A stretch of 64,000 nt of DNA, taken from the IMG/VR virus record IMGVR_UViG_3300036790_000048, positions 75,588 through 139,587 of that record; one strand, given 5' to 3'. The stretch's first letter is position 1; every line of letters begins with the position of its first letter. Both the position numbers and the translations under genes were made by a program. Positions 35,758-45,065 of this stretch are shown here, piece by piece. The notes under the pieces are model-generated. The model ran no database searches, was not told where the DNA came from, and saw nothing but the letters and a program-made list of their open reading frames with translations. Source of the stretch: a virus (taxonomy: Duplodnaviria; Caudoviricetes).

Positions 35758-35951
35758 CAGTAGCTCCGCCGTGACTGGACGTTGCTCGGCAGCTCCTCGC
35801 CCTCGACCTCGCGCCGGGCCGCAGCCACCTTCTCGGTCTCCAGCTTGTGCAGGCCCGCCTCTTTGAGCACCCGCTCGTCACCCCAATCCGGGTGCTGTCG
35901 AATAATCTTGGTCAACTCGATGTGCTGCTCCCAGTTAGTGCTCTTGGGCAT
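35757..35951 (-). CDS. hypothetical protein
   Basis: AGGAGG RBS. Confidence 0.6.
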   Translation of the reverse strand: MPKSTNWEQHIELTKIIRQHPDWGDERVLKEAGLHKLETEKVAAARREVEGEELPSNVQSRRSY

Positions 35952-36202
35952 GGCGGCCTCCTAATGGCTGCTGCGGGTTGCTGCCCAGCTGGTGGACAGT
36001 GAACTGCCCCAGCGGGTGCGGTGGTGCAGATGGGCAGAATTTACCGAAATCAAGGGGAGAGTCGATCAGCGAGTAATCGTTCCACGTGTTGGCCGGCTGG
36101 TAGAACCCCTCAGCGTCCGTGGTCCCCTGCCCAGTCACCGCCGGGCTGGCGTAGACCAGGCTATGCCCGCACCAGATGCAGGTGCCCAGCACCTCAGCCA
36201 CG

Positions 36203-36817
36203 TCAGATTCCCGGGTCCATGGGGAAGCTCTGCGAGTTGACGTCGAACGGCATCGCCATCCGGTTATGGTCCTCGGGACCGAGAATCGTACGCCGCCCGT
36301 TGTCGTCCTCGATGTAGAGCGCCGCCCCCATCCGGCCGCTACGCTCGCCGTCCTCGAAGACCGACATGCCCTCGTGGAACACCCCGCCCGCGAACGTGCG
36401 CAGCGCCGTCCACTGGGTGGCCAGGTCGAACAGCGTGATCCCCGTCTTCTCCATGGACAGTTCCATGGCAGCCGGGGCCAGCTTGGACATCGACCCACCG
36501 CCGCCCGTCTGCATCGACTTCTGGTAGGTGTAGCTGCCGATCGTCTCGCTGTTGAGCGGGCTGGCGTTGACCTGCTGGTACGGGAACTGCAGGTAGATCT
36601 GGTCCGCCAAGGCGAGGATGCCCTGCGTCACCATGGTCACCATGTCGGCCGCGGCGATGGCCCCGTAGCCCATGATCTGGCTGGGGTCAGACACCTCGGT
36701 GACGAACATGTACCGGATGACCGCCTGCATCAGCGCCGAGTTGGCGTAGCTCGTGTACGTGGCCTCATCGCGCCCGCTCCAGGCCGCCAGGTCACTGATC
36801 GACGGGACAGGGTACAT
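36203..36817 (-). CDS. head-to-tail adaptor
   Basis: SISDLAAWSGR...SETIGSYTY motif. Confidence 0.75.
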   Translation of the reverse strand: MYPVPSISDLAAWSGRDEATYTSYANSALMQAVIRYMFVTEVSDPSQIMGYGAIAAADMVTMVTQGILALADQIYLQFPYQQVNASPLNSETIGSYTYQKSMQTGGGGSMSKLAPAAMELSMEKTGITLFDLATQWTALRTFAGGVFHEGMSVFEDGERSGRMGAALYIEDDNGRRTILGPEDHNRMAMPFDVNSQSFPMDPGI

Positions 36818-36818
36818 G

Positions 36819-37292
36819 TCACGGCCCCTTTGAGATCAGGCCGAGCACGTAGCGCTGGGCCTCCCAGTCACTATGGCTGGCCGTGTGCGCGCCGCCAGCC
36901 CCACGGTGGTGGAATACGCACAGCCACCGGAAATTCTCAGCGCTCTCGACCCAGGCCCCTACCTCATCCGGATTGGAGATGCCAGGGTAGTCAACCTCCA
37001 GCGCCGCCAGACTGATGCCGTTCTGCAGGCTGAACTCGATATGCGCGTGGTGCAGCTCCAGACCTGGCTGCTCGCCCACGCCAGACGGCGGCGGGCAGGG
37101 GTTGCCCTGGTCGTCCTTGCAGTCCCCGAAGCCAACGCGCTCACCGATGTAGCATCGCGCCGCGGCCCGCGTCTTGCGGTGGTAGTGGTCAAAATCCTTG
37201 TAATGCGGGTCCGACGTCCGGGCAGGATGCGGCGGGAAATGCACCACATAGTGGTGCCCCTGCGCAGCCTTGTGCTCCGGAACCTCAGTCAC
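36819..37292 (-). CDS. HNH-like nuclease
   Basis: PPHPAR, C..LELHH..E and N..WLC..HH..H motifs. Confidence 0.65.
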   Translation of the reverse strand: MTEVPEHKAAQGHHYVVHFPPHPARTSDPHYKDFDHYHRKTRAAARCYIGERVGFGDCKDDQGNPCPPPSGVGEQPGLELHHAHIEFSLQNGISLAALEVDYPGISNPDEVGAWVESAENFRWLCVFHHRGAGGAHTASHSDWEAQRYVLGLISKGP

Positions 37293-37314
37293 ACCAAGGA
37301 ATATCGGGTACAGG

Positions 37315-37476
37315 CTAGGGAGCCACCAGCGCCGCCGACAGCGCCCACGCCGCGAACGCGCCGAAGCCGAACGCCCACGCGGACCAGCCGGTGATGACGG
37401 CCCCGGCGCACAGCGCCGCGATGACGAACAGGATGCACCCGATGATCAGCAGCGCCTTGGGCAGTGTAAGAGTCAT
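37315..37476 (-). CDS. 53-aa 2-TM membrane protein (not in the ORF track)
   Basis: Translated by hand: MTLTLPKALLIIGCILFVIAALCAGAVITGWSAWAFGFGAFAAWALSAALVAP. Confidence 0.65.
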   Translation of the reverse strand: MTLTLPKALLIIGCILFVIAALCAGAVITGWSAWAFGFGAFAAWALSAALVAP

Positions 37477-37510
37477 ACCAGCTGACTACCCAGGACAAAC
37501 CGACCTACAC

Positions 37511-38377
37511 CTACCGCAAAGGCGCGGGCACCCGGCGACCGCGACGCCGCTCCGCCGCGTCTGCCTTGGCTAGCTCCTCTTCAGTCGGCTGCGCCACCGC
37601 TCCCTCACCGTCGATCTGCTTCAGTGGCTGGAACTGGCCTACACCAGCTACGTAAGTCTTGGCACCAGGCCATGGCCCCATGCCGAAGACCTGCCGGTTG
37701 AACCGCTCGTACTGCCCAGCCACATCAAGAGTCAGCCACGGCTGCGCCTCTTCCCATCGTGGATGTCCTGGCCATAGCTCTATCTCCTGCCCGCGCATCC
37801 ACACGTTCCCGAGCGCCGTGAACCCATCGATCAGGAAGTGAATGACAACTGCCCCAGGCTGAGAGCTGCCCCCCGCGTACGCCACCGGAGGGCTCTCCTG
37901 GCCAAACCGCACCGCTGCAGCGTGAGCGCGCATCCGCTCAGCCCGCTCCTGGTCAGTCAGCTCCCCCTCAGGCCGAGGCCTCTCCAGCTCCACCGCCGGT
38001 GCCACAGCCGACCACCCCGGCGACAAGGACATCCCGCACGAAGCGCAGAACTTGTCCGCCCGAGACACCTCATGTCCGTTGCCGCAGGTCGGAGGAGCAG
38101 CCGGGTCCGGGATGTGCTCCCCGCACTGCGGGCAGAACTTCATCGCGCTGGTCACCGCGTGCCCGTTCATACACACAGGCTGAATCAGGCTCTCCACAAC
38201 CGGCGAAGCCGGTGGAGGAGGCGGCGCGACCTTGGGCGCAGCCGGCTTGCGCCGTGCTCGCGCAGGCTTGTCCGTGAATGCGACGTCATCCTGCGCCGCG
38301 GTCTCCCCGCTGTTCAGCTTGGGAGCCGCCTTGAGGGGATCGACTACCGGCTCATCCCCGTTGATTGACTTTGGCAT
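37511..38377 (-). CDS. double zinc-ribbon protein
   Basis: CMNGH..FCPQCG and CGNGH..FCASCG; C-terminal IHF..DGFTALG..W.RGQEIE. Confidence 0.75.
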   Translation of the reverse strand: MPKSINGDEPVVDPLKAAPKLNSGETAAQDDVAFTDKPARARRKPAAPKVAPPPPPASPVVESLIQPVCMNGHAVTSAMKFCPQCGEHIPDPAAPPTCGNGHEVSRADKFCASCGMSLSPGWSAVAPAVELERPRPEGELTDQERAERMRAHAAAVRFGQESPPVAYAGGSSQPGAVVIHFLIDGFTALGNVWMRGQEIELWPGHPRWEEAQPWLTLDVAGQYERFNRQVFGMGPWPGAKTYVAGVGQFQPLKQIDGEGAVAQPTEEELAKADAAERRRGRRVPAPLR

Positions 38378-38394
38378 GCCTCATCCTATCGTGC

Positions 38395-38601
38395 TCAATC
38401 GAGAGGCTGCCAGATCTCCTTGATCTCGGTCCACGGGATGAACCTGCGCTTGCCGGACGCCTGGTGCTCGAACTCCACGCCAGCCGCGTCCAGAGACAGC
38501 TTGTCCGAAGGAGCCACCTCAACGGTAGTCACGGTGCCCACGGAGACCAGCTTGTGCTCCAGCTCGATGTAGACCGTCTTGTGCAGCTGCAGAAGAACCA
38601 T
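38395..38601 (-). CDS. hypothetical Sm-like small protein
   Basis: RRFIPWTEIKEI motif. Confidence 0.55.
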   Translation of the reverse strand: MVLLQLHKTVYIELEHKLVSVGTVTTVEVAPSDKLSLDAAGVEFEHQASGKRRFIPWTEIKEIWQPLD

Positions 38602-38900
38602 CAGATCGCCTGGCAATACATCGCGAAGGCCGACATGTCGGCCGACGTCTGCGTGATCTTGAACCGCACGTACGGGGCCTGGACCTTGGCCGCGGTGGCT
38701 GTGGTCAGGCTCGTGTCCCCGATCTCCGTATTGACGTTCACGCCGTCAAAGCTCCACTCCGCGGCAACCGCCGTCGATCCGCCGGTAGCCGTCCAAGTGG
38801 CGATGACCTGGCTGGCCGCACTAACCTGCTGGAACGGCGAGGTGACGGGCGACGCTGCCTGAGTAACCGGCGTCGTGTTCTGGTAAATCGATGCCGCCAT
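38601..38900 (-). CDS. small beta-rich virion protein
   Basis: Directly after capsid; EWSFDG.N...APYVRF; GGAGG RBS. Confidence 0.65.
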   Translation of the reverse strand: MAASIYQNTTPVTQAASPVTSPFQQVSAASQVIATWTATGGSTAVAAEWSFDGVNVNTEIGDTSLTTATAAKVQAPYVRFKITQTSADMSAFAMYCQAI

Positions 38901-38972
38901 GTGTGCCCTCCCTCCTGATCTATCGAAGGAACGCCCCGTCCATGACAGACGAGGCGTTCCACGAGGTTCCGA

Positions 38973-40034
38973 TCAGGTGACGACGCCCGACACGTAGAGC
39001 AGCTGCTCCGGCCGGGTGATGATGGGCAGAAGGTTCCACTCCAGCAGGTACTGCCGCGCCGAGGGGTCCTTTTCCTTCCACGTCTTGGCGTACTTGCCGG
39101 TGAATCCGTCCGGGGCCTCATCGTCCGCGGTCGGCCCGATGAGCAGCTCGATCGGCCGCTGGTCGGTGAAGTTGCCCAGGTAGAGGTTGCCGTCCGGAAC
39201 AAAGAACGTCAGGTTGCCCTGGGCGTTCTCGTAGACCTGCTCGACCTGGGTCCAGGTGAGGCCCATGAACCCGTCGATCATGCCGGACGAGTAGTACTGG
39301 TCCTTCATCCGGTCCGAAAGCATGGTGGCCATGATGGACACCGTGGCGCTGGTCGTAGCCGACGCCCACGCCTCCATGAGCGCCGCCATCGTCACCTGCG
39401 TGGCGAATGCCTCGCGCGCCGGGACCCGGCCGTGGATCTGGACGATGCGCTTCCAGCTGCGCACGTCCTCGACGATCGCCAGCGGGTTCTTGTACGTCGC
39501 GCCAACCGTCGCGTTGACCGAGTTGAGGTTGGACGAGCCGCTCGCCCAAGGCGTGCCCAGAGAGATGATGTGGCTGGACGGGAACCCGTAATTCACCACG
39601 CCCTGCACGTCCGGGTAGCTGTAGGTCAGCGTACCCGTGAGCGCCTGCCAGATCGACCACTCCGCGAAGTTGTCGAACCGGATGTTGAGGTCGTTGATCT
39701 CCCTCAGCACCGCACGCTCGGCGTTGATCGCCGCCAGCTGACCGGGCTCGCGCAGCCAGCGGATGGTGGTGGGCTGGAAGACCTTCTTTTCACGAAGGTA
39801 GATGAACGCCGCGGCCTCCTGCTGCCGGCCGAGGCGGGAGACGACATGCGCCTCCGAGTTCGGGACGTTGGGCGTGGCCACCATCCGGCTGCCCTTGATG
39901 ACGTCCCAGGTGGCGGACGGGTAAGGCCAGGGCGTCTGGTCGAGGCGAGACAGCATGGTCATCGTCTCGGGAGTCACGAACTTCTCCACGACGCCCCGCA
40001 GGACCATGGGCTCCAGTAGTGAAATGTCGGGCAT
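38973..40034 (-). CDS. major capsid protein (lambda gpE-like)
   Basis: 353 aa; EWSIWQALTG, VNYG and W.EKDP...LP motifs; follows decoration protein. Confidence 0.9.
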   Translation of the reverse strand: MPDISLLEPMVLRGVVEKFVTPETMTMLSRLDQTPWPYPSATWDVIKGSRMVATPNVPNSEAHVVSRLGRQQEAAAFIYLREKKVFQPTTIRWLREPGQLAAINAERAVLREINDLNIRFDNFAEWSIWQALTGTLTYSYPDVQGVVNYGFPSSHIISLGTPWASGSSNLNSVNATVGATYKNPLAIVEDVRSWKRIVQIHGRVPAREAFATQVTMAALMEAWASATTSATVSIMATMLSDRMKDQYYSSGMIDGFMGLTWTQVEQVYENAQGNLTFFVPDGNLYLGNFTDQRPIELLIGPTADDEAPDGFTGKYAKTWKEKDPSARQYLLEWNLLPIITRPEQLLYVSGVVT

Positions 40035-40134
40035 CGCTAAACCTCTCAAGACGGAGTCGTCTGTCAGTCAGCGACACCTCCTGGGTGCCCGGCCTGCGCT
40101 GTCCCCGCTCCGGGGACTCACCTAGCTGGCCTGT

Positions 40135-40566
40135 TTAATGCAGTATCGGAATCACGAGGCGCTGCCCCGGGATGATCAGCGCAGGCATCGGCCCGATGAC
40201 CTTCCGGTTGGCCGCGTAGATCTGCGTCCACATGTCCGGCATGCCGTACTCGCGCTCTGCGATCCCCATCAGCGTGTCCCCAGGCCGCACGGTGTAGTGC
40301 CTGGCCGCGGCCTTGGACGGTGACGGGCTGGGCGTTGGCGTCATCGCCCTGGTGGGCGTAGCAGCCGGCCTGGTGGGGGTCATGGTCGGCGTCATCATCG
40401 GGGATGATGTCATCGTCGGACTGGGATGCGGAGCCGGTGGGGTGCCGCTGCTCCCGAACATGGTCAGGTGGATGACGAGCGCGACCACCCCGGCGATCAC
40501 CAGCAGGATGACCGACAGCATGAAGCAGCCAGGCTCGCCCTTGGCGGGAACTCCGCGGTGCGTCAT
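40135..40566 (-). CDS. membrane-anchored LysM protein
   Basis: TM, Pro/Thr linker, YTVRPGDTL..IA..YG...W..IYAAN..I.P.P.LI.PGQRLVIP. Confidence 0.9.
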   Translation of the reverse strand: MTHRGVPAKGEPGCFMLSVILLVIAGVVALVIHLTMFGSSGTPPAPHPSPTMTSSPMMTPTMTPTRPAATPTRAMTPTPSPSPSKAAARHYTVRPGDTLMGIAEREYGMPDMWTQIYAANRKVIGPMPALIIPGQRLVIPILH

Positions 40567-40583
40567 GCCTGAGTTATCGTACG

Positions 40584-40621
40584 CGAAAGCCCCGAGAACA
40601 CCGCGGTTCCCGGGGCTTTCG
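40584..40621. terminator. stem-loop between decoration and LysM genes
   Basis: CGAAAGCCCCG...CGGGGCTTTCG inverted repeat. Confidence 0.6.
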
Positions 40622-40626
40622 TGCTG

Positions 40627-41241
40627 CTAGAAGATGAACAGCAGGTTGGAGTAGTCGATCCTCGCCTGAAGCTGCCCGACGATGCCGAGCGCGTACGCCC
40701 CGGCCGCCGGCGAGTACGACCCGACGCCGCCCGCCTGGCCGGTGACCATGGGCTGGCCGCCGGACTGCATGGACGAGTTGGTCAGCAGCGCCTGCGTGTC
40801 ACCGCCGGACACCAGCGAGAGGTTGACCAGCCCGCGGATGACCAGGTTACCCAGGATGTCCGTGGCCACCTTGCCCGAGGGCGACGCCGGGAATGTCGGC
40901 GTGCTTCCCGTGAAGGTGTAGCCGGACAGGCCAGACCCGCCGTTGCCGCCGGTGTCCCGATTGTCGCGCAGCAGGCCGAGCACGGTCTGCCGACCGTCCG
41001 TGGCCGTCTGGCTGTTGACGAAGTACTTCTTGGACGCCGAGTGCTGTGCCAGTACCGCGCCAGTCGGAATCAGGCCCTGCCCGCCGGCCAGGGTGACACC
41101 GCGCTGGGTGAAGGCAGCATAGCTGGCGAGCAGCTCGTCATCAGACGGAGCGTGGAACTCGTCACCGAAGCTGCGACCGAACTGGTGCGTCGGCTTGGTG
41201 TAGCTCGGCACCGGGTCAAACTGAAAGCTGTCCTGAGCCAT
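40627..41241 (-). CDS. head decoration protein (gpD-like)
   Basis: GVTLAGGQG.IPTG.VL..., A.DG.QT..G.L; between scaffold and capsid. Confidence 0.8.
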   Translation of the reverse strand: MAQDSFQFDPVPSYTKPTHQFGRSFGDEFHAPSDDELLASYAAFTQRGVTLAGGQGLIPTGAVLAQHSASKKYFVNSQTATDGRQTVLGLLRDNRDTGGNGGSGLSGYTFTGSTPTFPASPSGKVATDILGNLVIRGLVNLSLVSGGDTQALLTNSSMQSGGQPMVTGQAGGVGSYSPAAGAYALGIVGQLQARIDYSNLLFIF

Positions 41242-41299
41242 TTCTCTACTGCTCTCCCTAGTTGGCGGGCGGGCTCTCTAAGCCTCGGGTGCCCGGTGC

Positions 41300-42415
41300 C
41301 TACTTACGCCGCGCCGTGTTGGACGAGACGACGTGTTCCGAGTAGACCTTGGCCAGCCGGTCCACCTCGGCTGCCTGCTGGTCACTCTGCCGCTGGTCAT
41401 CCGGCGGCGTGAACCCGACCTGCTGTCCCACCGGCACGATCGGCTCCGAGGGAACGAAGTCCCCGAAGTCAGCCGGGCTGGAGAGCTGCAGCTTGATGGC
41501 GAACTCGCGCTGCTTGGGAAGGATGTGGCCGGTGCCGATCAGGCCGTCCACCGTCTCCGCCGCGCGCTCGCGCCGCATCTCGTTGTAGCCGTCCGCCAGC
41601 GTGCGGTTCTGCGCGCTCAGCTCGACGACTGCTCCCACCAGGTCGTCCTGGGTGATGTTGTCACCGGACGACTGCGAGAGGCTGAGGTTGGGGTTCGACT
41701 GCAGCGCCGCGGTCATCGCCGCGGTCAGCGACGCCTGGTCAAGCGTCGGCAGTCCGGCCGGCTGCTGTGCGGCAGCCTGCAGCGCGTCCAGGTCGATGCC
41801 GTGCTCGGCGCTCAGCATCGCCTTGATCTCATCGAGAGTCGGCACCGTGTTCTCCTCCTGGGTCATCACTACATATTCACCATCAGTATCGGAGCCTGCC
41901 GTGGCCGCGATAATCTCGCGGTAAGGCTCCAGCCCGACCACGTACGGCCGGTTGGTCACCGCGACGTGCAGCAGGGTCGGCCCTGCCTTACGGCCCGTGC
42001 GGGAGTCGGTGTAGTTGGTGGACAGGAACGCGCTGGCACCGAGGTACGTCTTGCCGAACTTGTCCGGGTCCTCGCGTGCGTCGATGACGGCGTACACCTT
42101 GCCACCACGCTCGCGCAAGCCGATGACCTCGCCCTTGTTGGAGTCCGCGCCCTCGACGTGCTTGTTGGAGTCGTTGGCCAGCGGCACCTGCACGATGTCA
42201 CAGACGTTGTTCTCGAAGTTGCTCATCATGCGGGCCACGAAGTCATCGTCCACGTTGATCCGCTCGCCCGTGTCCGGGTGGATCAACGGCCCCTTGGTGA
42301 GGATGTGCTTCTCGAACAGGCGGCCCTGCGCCATGCGCGACAGGGCGATCGGCGCGCTCTCGATCTCAGTCCAGCGGGAGCCTGCCGGTGACGGCACAAT
42401 GAACGATCCATCCAT
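41300..42415 (-). CDS. prohead protease/scaffold (Mu gpI-like)
   Basis: H..., GASAFL..Y.D..TG...GPTLLHVAVTNRPY protease domain; helical scaffold C-terminus; start MDGSFIV. Confidence 0.85.
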   Translation of the reverse strand: MDGSFIVPSPAGSRWTEIESAPIALSRMAQGRLFEKHILTKGPLIHPDTGERINVDDDFVARMMSNFENNVCDIVQVPLANDSNKHVEGADSNKGEVIGLRERGGKVYAVIDAREDPDKFGKTYLGASAFLSTNYTDSRTGRKAGPTLLHVAVTNRPYVVGLEPYREIIAATAGSDTDGEYVVMTQEENTVPTLDEIKAMLSAEHGIDLDALQAAAQQPAGLPTLDQASLTAAMTAALQSNPNLSLSQSSGDNITQDDLVGAVVELSAQNRTLADGYNEMRRERAAETVDGLIGTGHILPKQREFAIKLQLSSPADFGDFVPSEPIVPVGQQVGFTPPDDQRQSDQQAAEVDRLAKVYSEHVVSSNTARRK

Positions 42416-42438
42416 GCCATTGACTATCGGACACAGGC

Positions 42439-42951
42439 TCAGGCCTTGACGAGCGCCTGATCCAGGTTGTAAAGGTCCTCCGGTGTGACGTACCCAGGCC
42501 ACCGGTTGTCCGTGAACAGGTGCACGCCCTGGTCCATGTACGCCTGGTCGCACAGCTGCGAGCAGATGAGGTGGCCGCTGCTGGCGATGTAGTTCTTGAG
42601 CGCTGGCCCAGGGATGTCCAGCCGGTGCGCAGCCAGGGCAAAGTAGTCCGCGAAGCTGTAGCCGACCCCGGTGTACTTCTGCGCGCCCGCCCAGACAGCG
42701 GTCAGCGTCTTGGCATTGGTCAGCTTGGCAATGCTCGTGCACCAGTAGATGCTGCTGTACTCGCTGACGTTGCCGACCCGCGCCCCGCCGGGCTCGGCCT
42801 CCAGTATCCGGCCGCCAGGGCCGAGCAGGAACGCGTGCTCCCAGTCCTTGAACCCGTCGCCGTTCAGCCACTGGCCGATCTCGATCAGCTTGCCGACGTT
42901 CCCTGATATCTGAGTCAGCCCGATCGTGCCGGGCAGTACCGAAGCAGCCAT
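42439..42951 (-). CDS. permuted NlpC/P60 (YiiX-like) papain-fold enzyme
   Basis: WEHAF..ILEAEPGG (His) precedes LICSQL (Cys); VTPEDL. Confidence 0.85.
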   Translation of the reverse strand: MAASVLPGTIGLTQISGNVGKLIEIGQWLNGDGFKDWEHAFLLGPGGRILEAEPGGARVGNVSEYSSIYWCTSIAKLTNAKTLTAVWAGAQKYTGVGYSFADYFALAAHRLDIPGPALKNYIASSGHLICSQLCDQAYMDQGVHLFTDNRWPGYVTPEDLYNLDQALVKA

Positions 42952-42958
42952 GCCATGC

Positions 42959-43138
42959 CTATCGGCACTCGTTCAGCACCTGGTGGTACCACACCGCGGC
43001 CTGGTGATCGCCAGTCGCCCTCAGCCCAGCCGTGCGCTCGGACAGGTACTGGATGACCGCACCCAGCGCCGTGTCCGCCGCCCTCTCGTCATGTCCGTCG
43101 CGCACCATGGCGTTGACCAGGTGCTCGCGCATGTCCAT
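42959..43138 (-). CDS. 59-aa hypothetical protein
   Basis: Translated by hand (MDMREHLVNAM...); coupled to the upstream stop. Confidence 0.55.
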   Translation of the reverse strand: MDMREHLVNAMVRDGHDERAADTALGAVIQYLSERTAGLRATGDHQAAVWYHQVLNECR

Positions 43139-43329
43139 CAGTCGTCGGACATCTCAGCCCAGTCAGCCGGGAGGTCAGGGACCACCCCGTCCGGCAGGCT
43201 CTCGATGTCCCGGCCGATCTGATCCCACAGTGTCCGGTTGGCTGGCGTGTCCGGCACCCCGTCCGGCGGGTACGCCCCGCCAGCCAGGATCTCCCGCATC
43301 ATCGCCGCAGCGACTGCTCCCTGGCTCAT
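43138..43329 (-). CDS. small acidic protein, candidate antitoxin
   Basis: 63 aa; ATGA overlap with the zeta-domain gene. Confidence 0.55.
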   Translation of the reverse strand: MSQGAVAAAMMREILAGGAYPPDGVPDTPANRTLWDQIGRDIESLPDGVVPDLPADWAEMSDD

Positions 43330-45065
43330 CCTGCCGCCTTGACCTTGAATCGCTCCCACAGAGCCGGGTGGTCCACCGTGAACGACCCACCCTCTGGCTG
43401 GTGCGCTACGAGCACAGGCTTTGACCCGATCGGCCCGCTGTTGTCCCATAGCTCCGTACTGTCAAAGAGGCCGTTGGTCGCCGCCCTCGTGTACGTGTCC
43501 GCCACCCCGGTGTGCGTTGCGCGGATGACCGACTCGGGCACCATGCGCCCGGTCTGCTGCCCCCTGATCGTGGCCCGCTTCACCGCCTCAGGCGTCTCAA
43601 CGTCAACGTACCTCCCACTAGTGGTATACCCATTAGCCTGGGCTCTACGCACCTTGTCAGACATCTTCTCCACGCTGGTGTCGCCCGTGCCATCCAGCGT
43701 GAAGTTGATGCGCCGCCGCATGGCCTCGCGCATCGCCTGCTTGGCGATCTCGCTGGACTCCTCGTGCACATACACCGACGCCGACTTGTCCCCCGCGTCT
43801 CGCATCCTCTTGTACTCAGGCAGCTTCTCCTTGATGTCATCCGAGTTGATGACCGCCGAGTTGCTGCGCTCGCGCGGGCTGCCGAGCACCGTGGACTTGC
43901 CGCTCCCCGGACCGCCGCCGTAGAACGTGGCCCGCGGATGCGCCTGCGGCTCGTGCCCAGCCAGGATTCCGTCAATGATGTGCTGGTGCAGGACCGCCCG
44001 ATCCGGGGCGATCGACCCGTCAGGCAGGGTGTGCTTCTCCAGCGAGTCCTTGGCCCGCACATGCGGCGGGAAGTACCCGTTGCCCGTCTTGAAGTGGTAA
44101 GCGCCGCCGACCGAGTGCGCATACGCGCCGATCCTCTCGACCTCATCCGGCGTGTCCACCACGACCACCGGGTCAAAATCAATGCGGTGGTTGTCGTCGT
44201 CGTGGAACACGCCCAGGTAGTACGACTGCCGCTCCAGCACCGGCCGGTAGGTTTCCAGCGCGTGGTCCATCGCCGTGCGGAACTGCTTCTCGCTGGCGTC
44301 CTCGGGCACGCTGACCTTGGGCGTCTTGGCCGGCTTGACCGACAGCGCGTACTTGTCCGCCGTGGACTCCAGCACCTGCCCGGTGTGCGCGTCGATCGTC
44401 GCGCCGCCCCACGGCTTGCGCACCTCGTTCCACGCGTGGTCCGAGACGACGCCCCAGTTCTGCTCCAGCCCGGTGGCAGGTGCCTTGTCCCGCTTCATCT
44501 TGTCGATGATCGAGTTGCCCTCGCGCGCCAGCTGCCTGAACTCCTCCGGGCTCACCGCGCGGCTGTTGCCCCTGGCCTCGGACTCGATGATGTGCGGATA
44601 GTGCTTGTCCCGCACGCGCCAGGCCGCCTCGCCGCGCTGCTCCCAGATGCGCTGGCCCTCACGCCACTTGTCAGCCGGGATGAACTCGCCGCGGGGCCGC
44701 TTGCGCGTGACGTAGCCGCGGACGTGCTCTATCCGGCCGCGCTCCCGGCGGACAGACGGCCGGACCTGCGCCAGCCCTACCGCCGGGTCAGGCTCCTCTT
44801 CCGGCTCCCCGTCCTGCGCGTCGTCCGCGGCCGACCGCCAGTGGCCAGGACCCCGCCACCGCACCTGGTCAGGCACGCGCACGTACGACACGTAGCCGTT
44901 GTACTTGCCCTCCAGGTGCGCGAACCCCTTCTCCGGGCTGCCCTGCTGCTGCGATACCTGGTCCGCTATCTCCTGCAGGCTGGGCGTGCTGCCCGTCAGC
45001 CTGCCGTCAGCCAGCTCGATGGTGCCAGCAATGCCCTGCCGCGTGGCCACCTGCAGTGTGGTCAT
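43326..45065 (-). CDS. multidomain head-region protein with C-terminal zeta-toxin (PezT-like) kinase
   Basis: GGGPGSGKST, INSDDIKE.LPEY, HEESS, LDGTG, TGRMVP and LWDNS motifs. Confidence 0.85.
   Translation of the reverse strand: MTTLQVATRQGIAGTIELADGRLTGSTPSLQEIADQVSQQQGSPEKGFAHLEGKYNGYVSYVRVPDQVRWRGPGHWRSAADDAQDGEPEEEPDPAVGLAQVRPSVRRERGRIEHVRGYVTRKRPRGEFIPADKWREGQRIWEQRGEAAWRVRDKHYPHIIESEARGNSRAVSPEEFRQLAREGNSIIDKMKRDKAPATGLEQNWGVVSDHAWNEVRKPWGGATIDAHTGQVLESTADKYALSVKPAKTPKVSVPEDASEKQFRTAMDHALETYRPVLERQSYYLGVFHDDDNHRIDFDPVVVVDTPDEVERIGAYAHSVGGAYHFKTGNGYFPPHVRAKDSLEKHTLPDGSIAPDRAVLHQHIIDGILAGHEPQAHPRATFYGGGPGSGKSTVLGSPRERSNSAVINSDDIKEKLPEYKRMRDAGDKSASVYVHEESSEIAKQAMREAMRRRINFTLDGTGDTSVEKMSDKVRRAQANGYTTSGRYVDVETPEAVKRATIRGQQTGRMVPESVIRATHTGVADTYTRAATNGLFDSTELWDNSGPIGSKPVLVAHQPEGGSFTVDHPALWERFKVKAAG

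Noticed and set aside
42416-42871. N-terminal extension of the protease ORF to 42871
   Set aside because: It overlaps the well-supported permuted NlpC/P60 gene; the start at 42415 matches the promoter spacing.
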